DNA of 63,140 nucleotides, filler included, from Asterionella formosa (lineage: Eukaryota), in assembly GCA_002256025.1 (NCBI GenBank). It is 10 parts of 10 records of this genome, joined end to end, with 100 filler letters (N's around TTAATTAATTAA, not from the genome) between each part and the next. Parts side by side here need not be neighbours in the genome. Positions count along the whole stretch, not along the records: positions 50,285 to 51,808 come from NKIB01002094.1; positions 51,909 to 53,427 come from NKIB01002095.1; positions 53,528 to 55,046 come from NKIB01002096.1; positions 55,147 to 56,665 come from NKIB01002097.1; positions 56,766 to 58,284 come from NKIB01002098.1; positions 58,385 to 59,903 come from NKIB01002099.1; positions 60,004 to 61,522 come from NKIB01002100.1; positions 61,623 to 63,140 come from NKIB01002102.1; 2 more parts are not named here. One strand, written 5' to 3'. The position numbers were made by a program, and so were the translations under genes. Positions 50,285-63,140 of the stretch are shown piece by piece. Position 1 is the first letter of the stretch. Each line of letters starts with the position of its first letter. The notes below the pieces were generated by a model, which did no database searches, was not told where the DNA came from, and saw only the letters and a list, made by a program, of their open reading frames with translations.

Positions 50285-51560
50285 AATTTCTGCTTCTTGT
50301 TTTGTTCCTGGATTTCATGCCGGTGTTTGATTTCCAGCAGCCATATGCTCAAAAAGCGGTGGTCCTAGACAAGTGTTTCCAACAGCAAAGTGCAGTCCTG
50401 TGGTCATTCATTTGTGTGTGTCGATTGCTGCTTGTGCTGTTTGCTTTCTTTTCCTTGCATGTTCTGCTGCATCATTACCATTTCGCACATCTTCTCTGTT
50501 TATGTATTCAACAATTTGATTTGTAAGAGTTCCTGAAAGTCCTTCTTGCAGGTTGAGCTGGTCAGGTGTAATAGAGGTTCTGTTGCTGTGTGAGATTCAA
50601 TTCAATGGGACAACACCCAAATTTCGTCAGCTGTATTTCAGGATTCAACAAGCAATTATAATTCAAAGGTCCCCAACCTCGCTCTGCTACCGCTTTTTTG
50701 TTTGTGCGTAATCTCGCAAAACTTTTTTCCCAAGAAGTGAATTTGCAAGTTGCAGTCCCTCTCGTCATGTGATGGGCGACTCTCGGCATATGATGGGCGA
50801 ACACATTTTACTCAACTGATCAATGAGCTCCACAATGTAAAGTTCCACTTCAAGCATAGGTGAGAGGCATTCTGTGTTTGTTCCTTGATGGTTTTTTCTT
50901 TTTGCATATGTTCTAACTGTTTCGAAATTAATATTGACTGCAGGAAGAATACCAATTGCCTCCTTTTCTCTCAGTATTATACAGGTAAGTGTATTTCTCT
51001 TCACTCGTGATTCTCCTCCTTTTTCTTTTTCCTCTTCTCTCAACATATATTCTGCTGCCGAATTGGAAATACATTCTTTCACTTTTTCTTTGGATGACCA
51101 CCATAGGGCAGGGTTGCAGTGACAGAAATGGTGCTGGTGCTGCTGCTGCTTTCAGTTGATGCAGTAGTAGTGCTGCCTGGCAGGAGGCAAACTAGAACTT
51201 GTAGACATAATCATAGTAGTACTAATTGAAGAATGATGATGATTTTTTCTGCTATAGCTGTAATTTTCTACACCTTCCATTGTCAGCATAGATATTTCGC
51301 TTTCTTGTTAATCCTCTTGCTCATCCTCCTCAGGCTGTTTGTCCGTTCTGGTAGCTACTGGTGCCACCAGATAACCTTTTTTTCCTTAGAAAGTATTTCA
51401 CTTTCTGTGTAGTCTCCCATGGGACAAGTTCTTGTACATCGTGCACAGAACGAGAAATTGCGCCATATGGTAGTTTTCCATTATTTTTCGCTTTCAACAC
51501 TTCCATATTTGTAGAAATGTTCAATAGGAAATGTTCAATAGGCAATGTTCAATCATCCTC
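50285..51560 (-). pseudogene. Decayed DNA-transposon-like ORF (possibly pogo/DDE_1 type)
   Basis: Fragmented frames NGKLPYGAIS, INFETVRT..SPMLEVELYIVELIDQLSKM and WEKSFARLRTNKKAVAERGWGPLNYNCLLNPEI. The family call is from recollection, not a search. Confidence 0.45.
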
Positions 51561-51908
51561 GCTTTGTTTGTGCTGCTAATAGACTGAGCCGCCTTGCCGG
51601 AAGGCACAGTCGATTTCTTTTTTGCCATAAATTGGATGCATATTATGAGCTGAAAATTGTATACTGGTATGTACTCATTTCCTTTCAAGTGTATGGGTGA
51701 TAGGGCGCCAGTTTATGATGCTCAAGTTACTTAGGCACTATCAAGTGACAGGGATAAGGATATGACAGGAATCATACAACAAATAAATCGAAGGCGATAT
51801 TTTTGTATNNNNNNNNNNNNNNNNNNNNNNNNNNNNNNNNNNNNNNNNNNNNTTAATTAATTAANNNNNNNNNNNNNNNNNNNNNNNNNNNNNNNNNNNN
51901 NNNNNNNN

Positions 51909-52791
51909 AATTAAGTCGTACGCAACGCCGGGTGTACCAGGAAAGACATTGAACAAGAATGACGGTGAAGTCATTATGGAAGGAGAATATCGAAAAATTG
52001 TGGGCAAGTTACTATGGTCTACAAAGAAGGATTCGCCGGACTGTGCGAATGCGGTTCGGGAACTATCGGCTCATTTAAGTTGCCCAGGTGAAGAACAATG
52101 GCATGCAGTGGCAAGAGTCATTGGTTACCTATCCAATATGGAGGATAGAGTTCTCAAGTTGCGTAAGCCAAAAGAGTTAAGAGTCATTGCCTACGTGGAC
52201 AGTGACTGGGCTGCTAATAAGGTTAACAGGAAGAGCACGACTGGCTATCTTGTTACTATTGGCGGGGCACTTATCAGTTGGCAGTCGAAGGGACAACAAA
52301 CGGTTACGCTGTCCAGTACGGAAGCCGAGTATGTGGCGATGTCCCAGTGTGGACAAGAGATCAAGTTTATAGCAATGCTACTGAATGAGGTTACTGGTGG
52401 AAAGGTCATGTTACCAAGTATCCTACGAGAAGACAATACAGGAGCTATTTTTATCGCGAAGAATCAGCAAATCGGAACCAGGACAAAACATATTGATATT
52501 AAGTATCATCATGTAAAGGACATGATTGAGGATGAAGAATTGGAAGTCATTTTTATAAGGTCGGAAGATAATTTTGCGGACATTATGACCAAGAACGTGA
52601 AGGAACAGATTCATACGAGATTGTCCGAACCAGTTCAGAGTGGAACGATGTTACAGCCTCTTGAGCGTGGCAATGGGGAGGATGTCAAGAATATTAGCCC
52701 GAGTCACAAGGATTGTGGACTCGATTGTAATCGAACGAGTCGAATATTGCATTGCCACGTCAATCAGCTGTCTAACGAGATCAGAGATTGA
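51909..52791 (+). mobile_element. Ty1/Copia reverse-transcriptase end and RNase H (partial)
   Basis: Motifs YRKIVGKLLW, YVDSDWA, RKSTTGY, TLSSTEAEY, EDNTGAI, RTKHIDIKYH and NFADIMTK. Confidence 0.92.
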
Positions 52792-53088
52792 AGATTTCTA
52801 TGGAAATGTTAAGTGGAAACTCGAAGAGAGTCTTAGAATGACTTTGCAGGAAGCAAAGATGCATGGAAAGGAAACATTTAGTTTAGCTTATAATTTAATT
52901 TGAGATTTAGATTATCAACCGAGGAAACAGTGTGTTAATTGACAGGAAGGTCAATTAGTCTATCTAGCAGGAAGGCTAGAAGCAGAGACAAGAGAGAAAG
53001 TGAGTGGTACTAGGTAGTACTACGATCACGTAAGAGTCTACGTGAAGAGAGACCCAACCCGCGGGAAGGAGTACGGACCATTTCAACA
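52683..53088 (+). mobile_element. Copia 3' LTR (right end uncertain: 52944 or 53088)
   Basis: Polypurine tract GGGGAGGA is followed by TGTCAAG. Candidate ends are TTGACA (52944) and TTTCAACA (53088), after which GGTACC-rich host-type sequence begins. Confidence 0.55.
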
Positions 53089-53909
53089 TTAGAATACCTA
53101 CCGGTAGACCTACGTGCCGATACTCTACATATTCCTTATTCATATGTACCGGTAGTATCATAATTTTATGCACGGTAGACTGTTACGTACTTCCTTCATC
53201 GATGGTACCAGGTACCAGGTACCTGGTACCAGGTACCAGGTATGAAGGAAACCCCGGGAGGCCATCGTTCAATTTCTTCTTTACCTGGTAGATTACCATG
53301 TACCAGGTACCAGGTACCATCTATTTTTATGTCAAGTCGCCATGATGTGAGTGAGGATTGATAGCTATACCGGTATTCCTCAAATGAGCGACCCGCAACG
53401 AAAACACGGAAGGATCAAGCATTCGATNNNNNNNNNNNNNNNNNNNNNNNNNNNNNNNNNNNNNNNNNNNNTTAATTAATTAANNNNNNNNNNNNNNNNN
53501 NNNNNNNNNNNNNNNNNNNNNNNNNNNTGTGAACTGAATTACAGAATTAATTGAAGTATTTCAAATAATTATGTGAAGTATTTCAAATAATTATGTGAAG
53601 GTGATCACGTAATATAGTGATGATCAGGAATGCATGCATGATACTCTGATCAAAAAATGAACATGATGTATTCAGATAATATATAGATATATTCAAGTAA
53701 GCATTTTGATGTATTCAACTAATTCATGTGATCCATTCAAAATCAACTAGGCTTATTTACGTGATGGTCACTTCACGTAATACGCGGCTTAGATGTGGCC
53801 ACACTGGATGCACATGTAACATTTTCTCGGGTGTTGGCTGGTACAATATCCACAGTAGGTAGCTGATCATCATTGATCATACGCATACCAGTATGATCAG
53901 GCACTTTGC

Positions 53910-55046
53910 TTACCAGTACATGGAATGGACAGAGTGCGCTGCTTTTCCTTTGATGTTTATTGCGGCCACAATGATTGCAGACATTTGTTCCTTTCCTCCT
54001 TGTTTCCTGATGTTCCCTTCTGAGCGCAACACCAGAACTGTAAGTCTTACCTGATTTTTTATCTTGCCTTTCCTGTTTGACTGTTTCAAATTGTGCTGCA
54101 TGTATTTTTCGCTTCTTTTCCTCTTTCGTTTGAATTGTGCTTTATATGCTCCATCGTCACTTCGTCGCTTTTCTTTTTGTCTCCAGAAGGATTCTTGCAG
54201 TGCTGACATCTGCATTCCACATTGCTTGCATACATTCCTTGTGTATTGTGTTGCTCCTTGTGTGTGTTGCCTAGCAACCGAAGCCACTCGATATTGAAGG
54301 CCTCCAGATCCCGCAAACACCTTGTTTTTTGGACATCGTCGCGACACTGCATTGTTCACTGCCTCATTAATCTGCGTGTCAAAGGGATGTTGCCATGATA
54401 GTAACTTTTCGCCTTCAACTTTCGTTGCAACATGCAGCATTAACCATTCGTATAAATCTTTTTCCTTTTCCTTGTTATGATATTTTCCGTTACTAAACAT
54501 TTTTCCTGCTTTTACAGGGCACCATGTCTCTGAGCAGTAACCGTGGCAGCCAAATAAATGGTTGATTGGTGCCTTGGAGGAAATACTGAATTCGGCCAGA
54601 GAGAGGTTCCGTTTTTTTAATCCAAGCGCCATAGTAAACTTTCAACCGGAGACAATCTGCTTTTGAGGGATGCAAAAGGGAGACCAAGCCATTGGATTTC
54701 ATAAAAGCTGGGTAGAGAAGAAGGACCCGTACTCTGTGGGATGGGTCAGACAGAAATGTAGGTTCGGGTACAGTCAGTGGAAGGCATCCTTTGTCCGATT
54801 TGTTTAATCCTTTCAATGTTCTTGTCCATTGGAAGGATGGCTGTAGTTTCAATAACTCCTTTTAGGACCACTTAGAAACAGCTCGAATAGTAGAATCATC
54901 ATCACAGATGATTGTAGAGTAGATAACATTGTTTTTCATTACTGCATCAATCATCATTTCTACACCAGCATCTGGTTCCATTGCTTTCGAACTACCAGTT
55001 ACATGATTCTTGGGACAAACATGTTCCTTGATTGGTTTCTTGTACC
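53910..55046 (-). pseudogene. Frameshifted Mutator-like transposase
   Basis: Across shifted frames: SSKAMEPDAG, IICDDDSTIRA, FLSDPSHRVR, HLFGCHGYCSETWC and TQINEAVNNAVSRRCPKNK. Confidence 0.6.
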
Positions 55047-55146
55047 NNNNNNNNNNNNNNNNNNNNNNNNNNNNNNNNNNNNNNNNNNNNTTAATTAATT
55101 AANNNNNNNNNNNNNNNNNNNNNNNNNNNNNNNNNNNNNNNNNNNN

Positions 55147-56665
55147 GAGCGGAGAATGCTCAAATGTTAAATACACTTGAAGAAAACAAAACATTTTACA
55201 CTGAACGTCAATTTCAGAGAGCTAAGCGAGCTCGTGATCTATTTCATGCCTTGGGTACACCATCAATTAATGATTTCAAGGCAATAATTCGTATGAATAC
55301 GATCAACAATAATCCAGTGACTACCGATGATATCAAAATTGCAGAGAAAATTTTTGGACCTGACATCGGAACACTAAAAGGCAAGACAACTCGTCGCAAG
55401 CCGCTGCCAGTCGTGAACGACTACATCGAGATTCCTAAGGAGCTTATCCAAGCTCAACGTGAAGTGACTCTTTGCATGGATGGAATGAAAGTCAATGGAC
55501 AATCATTTCTCACAACAATTTCTCGAAACATTATGTATAGGACAGCGCAATGGGTCAAGAATCAGACAGCTGAAGTCTATCGAGATGCTTTGATTCAAGT
55601 ATTCCGTGTTTATAATACCGGAGGATTTAAAATTACAACAATCCACTGTGACAACGAGTTTCGACCTTTGATGGAACAAATTTCCAATGAATTTCAAGTC
55701 ACTATGAACTACGCAAACCCACAAGAACATGTTCCCGAAGCGGAGCGAAATAATCGAGTGATTAAAGAACGCGTGCGCGCAGCTTATCATCGATTACCTT
55801 TCAAACATTTGCCGCGACTGATGATTAAGATTCTAGTGACAGAATCTGCAAGGAAACTGAATTTCTTTCCGGCAAAGAACGGGATATCCCCGTATTACAG
55901 TCCTCGTATGATTTTACATCAACGAAACCTGGACTATGCTCGACATTGCCAGTATACATTTGGCACTTATGTCCAAGCACATGAAGAACCTGTGTTTTCA
56001 AACACAAATGCACCTCGCAGCCTAGATTGCATTTTTCTACGCTACAATGACAATGTGCAAGGAGGTCATGAATTGTTACACCTACCTACAAATTCATTGA
56101 TCACTAGACGAACAATTACTCCTCTACCACTTACCCCAGCAATCATGAATCAAGTACACGCCCTTGCTGTGCAGGAAAATATGCCAGATGGTCTCAAGAT
56201 AGCAAATCGAACGGGGCAACTATTTTATGATAGTGCTTGGATTGCAGGAGTGGATTATGATAATGAAGCATTTGAAGATGCACAAGATGAAGATTATGAA
56301 GATCAAGATGCTAGTGACGACGAAAGCAATGATGAAATTCTCGGAGAAGAAGACTATGATGAAATGACTCCAGATGAAATATATGAAGCAGAACAGCTCG
56401 AATTAAACGACAATACTCAAGAGGATGACCCTGAACCTGACGAGGGCAACAATGAGAATATTATTGAAATGAATGCAGATGATATCCAAGATGAGGATGA
56501 AGAGCCAGCAAATGAAACTGAAAACGAAGAGGCAAGAATGTTAGAAGTCAATCCAAGCACTCAGGATGACTCAGACCCAAATGTTAGAACTACAAGGTCT
56601 GGAAGAGTCTCAAGACCACCATCAAAACTAACTATGGTCCAAAATCATTTGCATACCCAAGCACA
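55147..56665 (+). mobile_element. Copia-type (diatom CoDi-like) integrase fragment, copy 1
   Basis: HHCC-region remnant LFHALGTPS, DDE core (LCMDGM, IHCDNEF, HVPEAERNNRVIKER), acidic linker and TRSGRVSRPP. Confidence 0.85.
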
Positions 56666-56765
56666 NNNNNNNNNNNNNNNNNNNNNNNNNNNNNNNNNNN
56701 NNNNNNNNNTTAATTAATTAANNNNNNNNNNNNNNNNNNNNNNNNNNNNNNNNNNNNNNNNNNNN

Positions 56766-58284
56766 TGTGCTTGGGTATGCAAATGATTTTGGACCATAGT
56801 TAGTTTTGATGGTGGTCTTGAGACTCTTCCAGACCTTGTAGTTCTAACATTTGGGTCTGAGTCATCCTGAGTGCTTGGATTGACTTCTAACATTCTTGCC
56901 TCTTCATTTTCAGTTTCATTTGCTGGCTCTTCATCCTCATCTTGGATATCATCTGCATTCATTTCAATATTATTCTCATTGTTGCCCTCGTCAGGTTCAG
57001 GGTCATCCTCTTGAGTATTGTCGTTTAATTCGAGCTGTTCTGCTTCATATATTTCATCCGGAGTCATTTCATCATAGTCTTCTTCTCCGAGAATTTCATC
57101 ATTGCTTTCGTTGTCACTAGCATCTTGATCTTCATAATCTTCATCTTGTGCATCTTCAAATGCTTCATTATCATAATCCACTCCTGCAATCCAAGCACTA
57201 TCATAAAATAGTTGTCCCGTTCGATTTGCTATTTTGAGACCATCTGGCATATTTTCCTGCACAGCAAGGGCGTGTACTTGATTCATGATTGCTGGGGTAA
57301 GTGGTAGAGGAGTAATTGTTCGTCTAGTGATCAATGAATTTGTAGGTAGGTGTAACAATTCATGACCTCCTTGCACATTGTCATTGTAGCGTAGAAAAAT
57401 GCAATCTAGGCTGCGAGGTGCATTTGTGTTTGAAAACACAGGTTCTTCATGTGCTTGGACATAAGTGCCAAATGTATACTGGCAATGTCGAGCATAGTCC
57501 AGGTTTCGTTGATGTAAAATCATACGAGGACTGTAATACGGGGATATCCCGTTCTTTGCCGGAAAGAAATTCAGTTTCCTTGCAGATTCTGTCACTAGAA
57601 TCTTAATCATCAGTCGCGGCAAATGTTTGAAAGGTAATCGATGATAAGCTGCGCGCACGCGTTCTTTAATCACTCGATTATTTCGCTCCGCTTCGGGAAC
57701 ATGTTCTTGTGGGTTTGCGTAGTTCATAGTGACTTGAAATTCATTGGAAATTTGTTCCATCAAAGGTCGAAACTCGTTGTCACAGTGGATTGTTGTAATT
57801 TTAAATCCTCCGGTATTATAAACACGGAATACTTGAATCAAAGCATCTCGATAGACTTCAGCTGTCTGATTCTTGACCCATTGCGCTGTCCTATACATAA
57901 TGTTTCGAGAAATTGTTGTGAGAAATGATTGTCCATTGACTTTCATTCCATCCATGCAAAGAGTCACTTCACGTTGAGCTTGGATAAGCTCCTTAGGAAT
58001 CTCGATGTAGTCGTTCACGACTGGCAGCGGCTTGCGACGAGTTGTCTTGCCTTTTAGTGTTCCGATGTCAGGTCCAAAAATTTTCTCTGCAATTTTGATA
58101 TCATCGGTAGTCACTGGATTATTGTTGATCGTATTCATACGAATTATTGCCTTGAAATCATTAATTGATGGTGTACCCAAGGCATGAAATAGATCACGAG
58201 CTCGCTTAGCTCTCTGAAATTGACGTTCAGTGTAAAATGTTTTGTTTTCTTCAAGTGTATTTAACATTTGAGCATTCTCCGCTC
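56766..58284 (-). mobile_element. Copia-type integrase fragment, copy 2
   Basis: Reverse complement of copy 1 with the same ends and a few SNPs. Confidence 0.85.
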
Positions 58285-58384
58285 NNNNNNNNNNNNNNNN
58301 NNNNNNNNNNNNNNNNNNNNNNNNNNNNTTAATTAATTAANNNNNNNNNNNNNNNNNNNNNNNNNNNNNNNNNNNNNNNNNNNN

Positions 58385-59903
58385 TGTGCTTGGGTATGCA
58401 AATGATTTTGGACCATAGTTAGTTTTGATGGTGGTCTTGAGACTCTTCCAGACCTTGTAGTTCTAACATTTGGGTCTGAGTCATCCTGAGTGCTTGGATT
58501 GACTTCTAACATTCTTGCCTCTTCATTTTCAGTTTCATTTGCTGGCTCTTCATCCTCATCTTGGATATCATCTGCATTCATTTCAATATTATTCTCATTT
58601 TTGCCCTCGTCGGGTTCAGGGTCATCCTCTTGAGTATTGTCGTTTAATTCGAGCTGTTCTGCTTCATATATTTCATCCGGAGTCATTTCATCATAGTCTT
58701 CTTCTCCGAGAATTTCATCATTGCTTTCGTTGTCACTAGCATCTTGATCTTCATAATCTTCATCTTGTGCATCTTCAAATGCTTCATTATCATAATCCAC
58801 TCCTGCAATCCAAGCACTATCATAAAATAGTTGTCCCGTTCGATTTGCTATCTTGAGACCATCTGGCATATTTTCCTGCACAGCAAGGGCGTGTACTTGA
58901 TTCATGATTGCTGGGGTAAGTGGTAGAGGAGTAATTGTTTGTCTAGTGATCAATGAATTTGTAGGTAGGTGTAACAATTCATGACCTCCTTGCACATTGT
59001 CATTGTAGCGTAGAAAAATGCAATCTAGGCTGCGTGGTGCATTTGTGTTTGAAAACACAGGTTCTTCATGTGCTTGGACATAAGTGCCAAATGTATACTG
59101 GCAATGTCGAGCATAGTCCAGGTTTCGTTGATGTAAAATCATACGAGGACTGTAATACGGGGATATCCCGTTCTTTGCCGGAAAGAAATTCAGTTTCCTT
59201 GCAGATTCTGTCACTAGAATCTTAATCATCAGTCGCGGCAAATGTTTGAAAGGTAATCGATGATAAGCTGCGCGCACGCGTTCTTTAATCACTCGATTAT
59301 TTCGCTCCGCTTCGGGAACATGTTCTTGTGGGTTTGCGTAGTTCATAGTGACTTGAAATTCATTGGAAATTTGTTCCATCAAAGGTCGAAACTCGTTGTC
59401 ACAGTGGATTGTTGTAATTTTAAATCCTCCGGTATTATAAACACGGAATACTTGAATCAAAGCATCTCGATAGACTTCAGCTGTCTGATTCTTGACCCAT
59501 TGCGCTGTCCTATACATAATGTTTCGAGAAATTGTTGTGAGAAATGATTGTCCATTGACTTTCATTCCATCCATGCAAAGAGTCACTTCACGTTGAGCTT
59601 GGATAAGCTCCTTAGGAATCTAGATGTAGTCGTTCACGACTGGCAGCGGCTTGCGACGAGTTGTCTTGCCTTTTAGTGTTCCGATGTCAGGTCCAAAAAT
59701 TTTCTCTGCAATTTTGATATCATCGGTAGTCACTGGATTATTGTTGATCGTATTCATACGAATTATTGCCTTGAAATCATTAATTGATGGTGTACCCAAG
59801 GCATGAAATAGATCACGAGCTCGCTTAGCTCTCTGAAATTGACGTTCAGTGTAAAATGTTTTGTTTTCTTCAAGTGTATTTAACATTTGAGCATTCTCCG
59901 CTC
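58385..59903 (-). mobile_element. Copia-type integrase fragment, copy 3 (nonsense allele)
   Basis: Same ends as copies 1 and 2; a GAG-to-TAG change at 59620-59622 splits the ORF. Confidence 0.85.
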
Positions 59904-60529
59904 NNNNNNNNNNNNNNNNNNNNNNNNNNNNNNNNNNNNNNNNNNNNTTAATTAATTAANNNNNNNNNNNNNNNNNNNNNNNNNNNNNNNNNNNNNNNNN
60001 NNNCTTTTTACGTGAAGAGTGGCATTAATGCATGTGAAGTACCACATAATTAACACTCGTACGTAAACGAAATTTCGAAAAGTCAAATGAATTATTTGAA
60101 ACATCAACTAATTCAGTCTCGCGTTCAAAAGTCATTGTGAAAACTCACATGAAGCAGTTAAAACTTCACATGAAACCGTTAAAAGTAATCTTTTTTACGT
60201 GAAGAGTGGCATAATTGCATGTGAAGTACCACATTATTAACCCTCATACGTAGACGAAATTTCGAAAAGTGGCGTATTTCGCGTCTTAGATGCCGTGTAG
60301 GGTGTAGGTGAAAAAATCCTGGCTGTGACATGTAAATGATTAGAAGCATTGATCCATTATGAATCAACGGAATACCATCTTATTCGGTACTATCTTCCAA
60401 TGAGATGAGTGGTTCTTAGGTATTGATTTCTCCAATATTGATGAAGTTATTGACAAATCAGCAGTGGTAACAATCATCACCGTGTAGGGTGTAGGTGAAA
60501 AAATCCGGGCTGTGACATGTAAATGATGT

Positions 60530-60832
60530 CTGACAATACTTTCAATGGCACACTTCCCACAGAGATTGGACTCTTGACAAGTCTCAATTATCTAGATGCA
60601 TTCAATGGATCAGTTCCTCAAGATTTCTAAGTACTGATGACATAATAGTGGTCCATATGTGTTATCCACAGAATGCTACTAGGGTTAGATAAAATAAGTA
60701 GGCAAGATTGGACTCTTGATAATTTTTACTGATCTATATTTGTTGAACAATACTTTCACTGGCACACTTCCCACAGAGATTGGACTATTGACAATTTTTA
60801 CTGATCTACCGGTATATTTGTTGAACAATACT
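60530..60832 (+). pseudogene. Plant-type leucine-rich repeat gene fragments
   Basis: DNTFNGTLPTEIGLLTSLNYLD and NNTFTGTLPTEIGLLTIFTDL occur in broken frames. Confidence 0.7.
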
Positions 60833-60834
60833 TT

Positions 60835-61330
60835 TTTCCTTTGGAGATGTAGCCCCTTGATGTTTTGGAATTAGAGTCTGAGGGTTCTGTCCTCTATGGC
60901 TATGGGTTTGTCTCCCCATGTGATTTGAGACTCTATGTCTGGATTTCTTGTTGTTGCCTGTATCTTTGATTGTAACCTTTGGCTGGTTGTCTTGCGCTTT
61001 TCTGAGTTTTGTTGTGAATTGCTTTGTTATCTCTTGTGATTTGTTTTCTGGGTTTCTCAGTTGTGTTTTATCTGTGTGTAACCATGGGACCTGCCCTGAT
61101 TGTGTGTGTTCTGCTACTTGGATGTCTTTGTGCTCTGGCTATATGAACTGGAGAGTGGTATGATTTGTCTCTATCATTTCTTCTTGGTGGTTTTGTTGCT
61201 GTCTTTTTCCTTGGTAGATATCTTCCTCCTTTGCCTTCGAGAGGCTTTGGGTGCTTTTTGCCTGTAGTCTTGTTGGATATTTGATAGTGGTAGGGCTGCC
61301 AGTTGTGTTGATTTTTCAGGTCAAAGTACC
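60835..61330 (-). pseudogene. Possible non-LTR retrotransposon relic (start of AP-endonuclease)
   Basis: The minus strand reads TWGDKPIAIEDRTLRL*FQNIKGL, resembling the first motif of a LINE APE domain, and has a strong A/C strand bias. Confidence 0.5.
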
Positions 61331-61624
61331 CTTGGTACCTACATATACTGGCAAAGGTGTATTATGATTGGCCAAAACACGCTTTTCGTTCGTTTGCTTC
61401 GAGGCAAAGTATACATTCTGATCATAAGCGCCATTCCACCTAGTATGTGCAGGTACTGACTGTGCGCAAGAACCATTAAAAACCGCCAGTAAGATGCTGA
61501 GATGAATTTTTTAGCCACACAGNNNNNNNNNNNNNNNNNNNNNNNNNNNNNNNNNNNNNNNNNNNNTTAATTAATTAANNNNNNNNNNNNNNNNNNNNNN
61601 NNNNNNNNNNNNNNNNNNNNNNAA

Positions 61625-63140
61625 TCAAGAAAGATGGAGATTAAGGCTATTTTGGATGGTGTGGTTGCAAGAAAGGTTGCTGAATACATTTCCGATAATG
61701 AAGGCAAAATACAAGTTTGTATGAAGGTTGCCAGTGTGACTGCTATTGTAAATGTAATGCCAGACGTTGTACTGGAAAGTACAAAGTCGTCAATCTGTTC
61801 TTACCCTGTGCAAATTATGAAGTCCCCTCTTCTGAGTGAGAATCCAGCCGACATTTCGCCAGCGAAAGTATTCAAGCTTCAATGGCTGCCGACTGTCTCA
61901 CTGCATCCCTACTATGCACCTGGAGACGGATTGGTACCTCAAGTGATCTCGAAAGCAAGCTCTGTTTCTGTTGCTCCGAAAGTCTATAGGGGGTCATCTT
62001 ATGATAGTCCTATGCATACTGATTACTGGGTGGATTACAGGCCAGCCAAGGAATGCCACATGCGACGAGATGATTTATTGTTCCTACATTGCTACTTTCC
62101 TAGCAAATCATGGAAATCAAGAAAGATGGAGATTAAGGCTCTGCTGGATGGTGTGGTTGCAAGAAAGGCTGCTCAATACATTTCCGACAATGAAGACAGA
62201 ATGCAAGTTTGTATGGAAGATGACAGTGTGAATGCTATTGTTAAAGCAATGTCAGAACTTGTACTGGAAAGTACAAAGTCGTCAATCTGTTTTTACCCTG
62301 TGCAATTTATGAAGTCCCCTCGTCTGAGTGTAAATGTAATGCCAGACGTTGTACTGGAAAGTACAAAGTCGTCAATCTGTTTTTACCCTGTGCAATTTAT
62401 GAAGTCCCCTCGTCTGAGTGAGAATCCAGCCGACATTTCGCCAGCGAAAGTATTCAAGCTTCAATGGCTGCCGACTGTCTCACTGCATCCCTACTATGCA
62501 CCTGGAGACGGAATGGTATCTCAAGTGATCTCGAAAGCAAGCTCTGTTTCTGTTGCTCCAAAAGTCTATAGGGGGTCATCTTATGATAGTCCTATGCATA
62601 CTGATTACTGGGTGGATTACAGGCCAGCCAAGGAATGCCACATGCGACAAGATGATTTATTGTTCCTACATTGCTACTTTCCTAGCAAATCATGGAAATC
62701 AAGAAAGATGGAGATTACGGCTCTGCTGGATGGTGTGGTTGCAAGAAAGGCTGCTCAATACATTTCCGACAATGAAGACAGAATGCAAGTTTGTATGGAA
62801 GATGACAGTGTGAATGCTATTGTTAAAGCAATGTCAGAACTTGTACTGGAAAGTACAAAGTCGTCAATCTGTTCTTACCCTGTGCAATTTATGAAGTCCC
62901 CTCGTCTGAGTGAGAATCCAGCCGACATTTCGCCAGCGAAAGTATTCAAGCTTCAATGGCTGCCGACTGTCTCACTGCATCCCTACTATGCACCTGGAGA
63001 CGGATTGGTACCTCAAGTGAACTCGAAAGCAAGCTCTGTTTCTGTTGCTCCAAAAGTCTATAGGGGGTCATCTTATGATAGTCCTATGCATACTGATTAC
63101 TGGGTGGATTACAGGCCAGCCAAGGAATGCCACATGCGAC
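61625..63140 (+). CDS. Open-ended ORF of ~164-aa tandem repeats (missed by the ORF track)
   Basis: The frame of ATG 61634 has no stop to the window end (~500 codons). Unit starts are at 61634, 62126 and 62708 (492 and 582 bp, both multiples of 3). Coding status is not proven. Confidence 0.55.

Noticed and set aside
55147..58284. Apparent 3-kb perfect palindrome / inverted duplication
   Set aside because: The two arms are separate contigs joined by an artificial linker.
51909..59903. One full Copia element made of the RNase H and integrase pieces
   Set aside because: The pieces are on different contigs, in the wrong order, with no evidence that they belong to the same family.

Overview
This window is eukaryotic nuclear DNA, most likely from a diatom or other stramenopile. 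That assignment is inferred from short GT-AG introns, diatom-type Copia integrase, RXL-type motifs and gene content. It is not one locus: ten contigs are joined by artificial 100-bp N44-TTAATTAATTAA-N44 linkers, so adjacency across linkers means nothing. Contig 1 (1-25046) holds a Gypsy relic with its LTR, a complete non-autonomous PIF/Harbinger-type element, an atypical SDR, a U-box/vWA/Vwaint/Hint (Vint) gene, mitochondrial uL22, a TAZ-zinc-finger gene, a glutaredoxin-like gene and a 4-exon TPR/Mlp-like nucleoporin with an FG-rich tail. Contig 2 (25147-50184) holds ornithine decarboxylase with large acidic inserts, a membrane protein, a solo LTR, two inverted tRNA-headed SINE-like copies, COG2, and two tandem secreted proteins built of 17-18 copies of an unrecognised ~53-aa six-cysteine repeat. 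The eight ~1.52-kb contigs are mostly transposon debris; the last carries an uninterrupted ORF of 164-aa tandem repeats that the ORF track missed. The best leads are the Cys-repeat pair, the Vint gene, the (GGTACCW)n/TACCGGTA clusters upstream of gene starts, and the SINE-like family.
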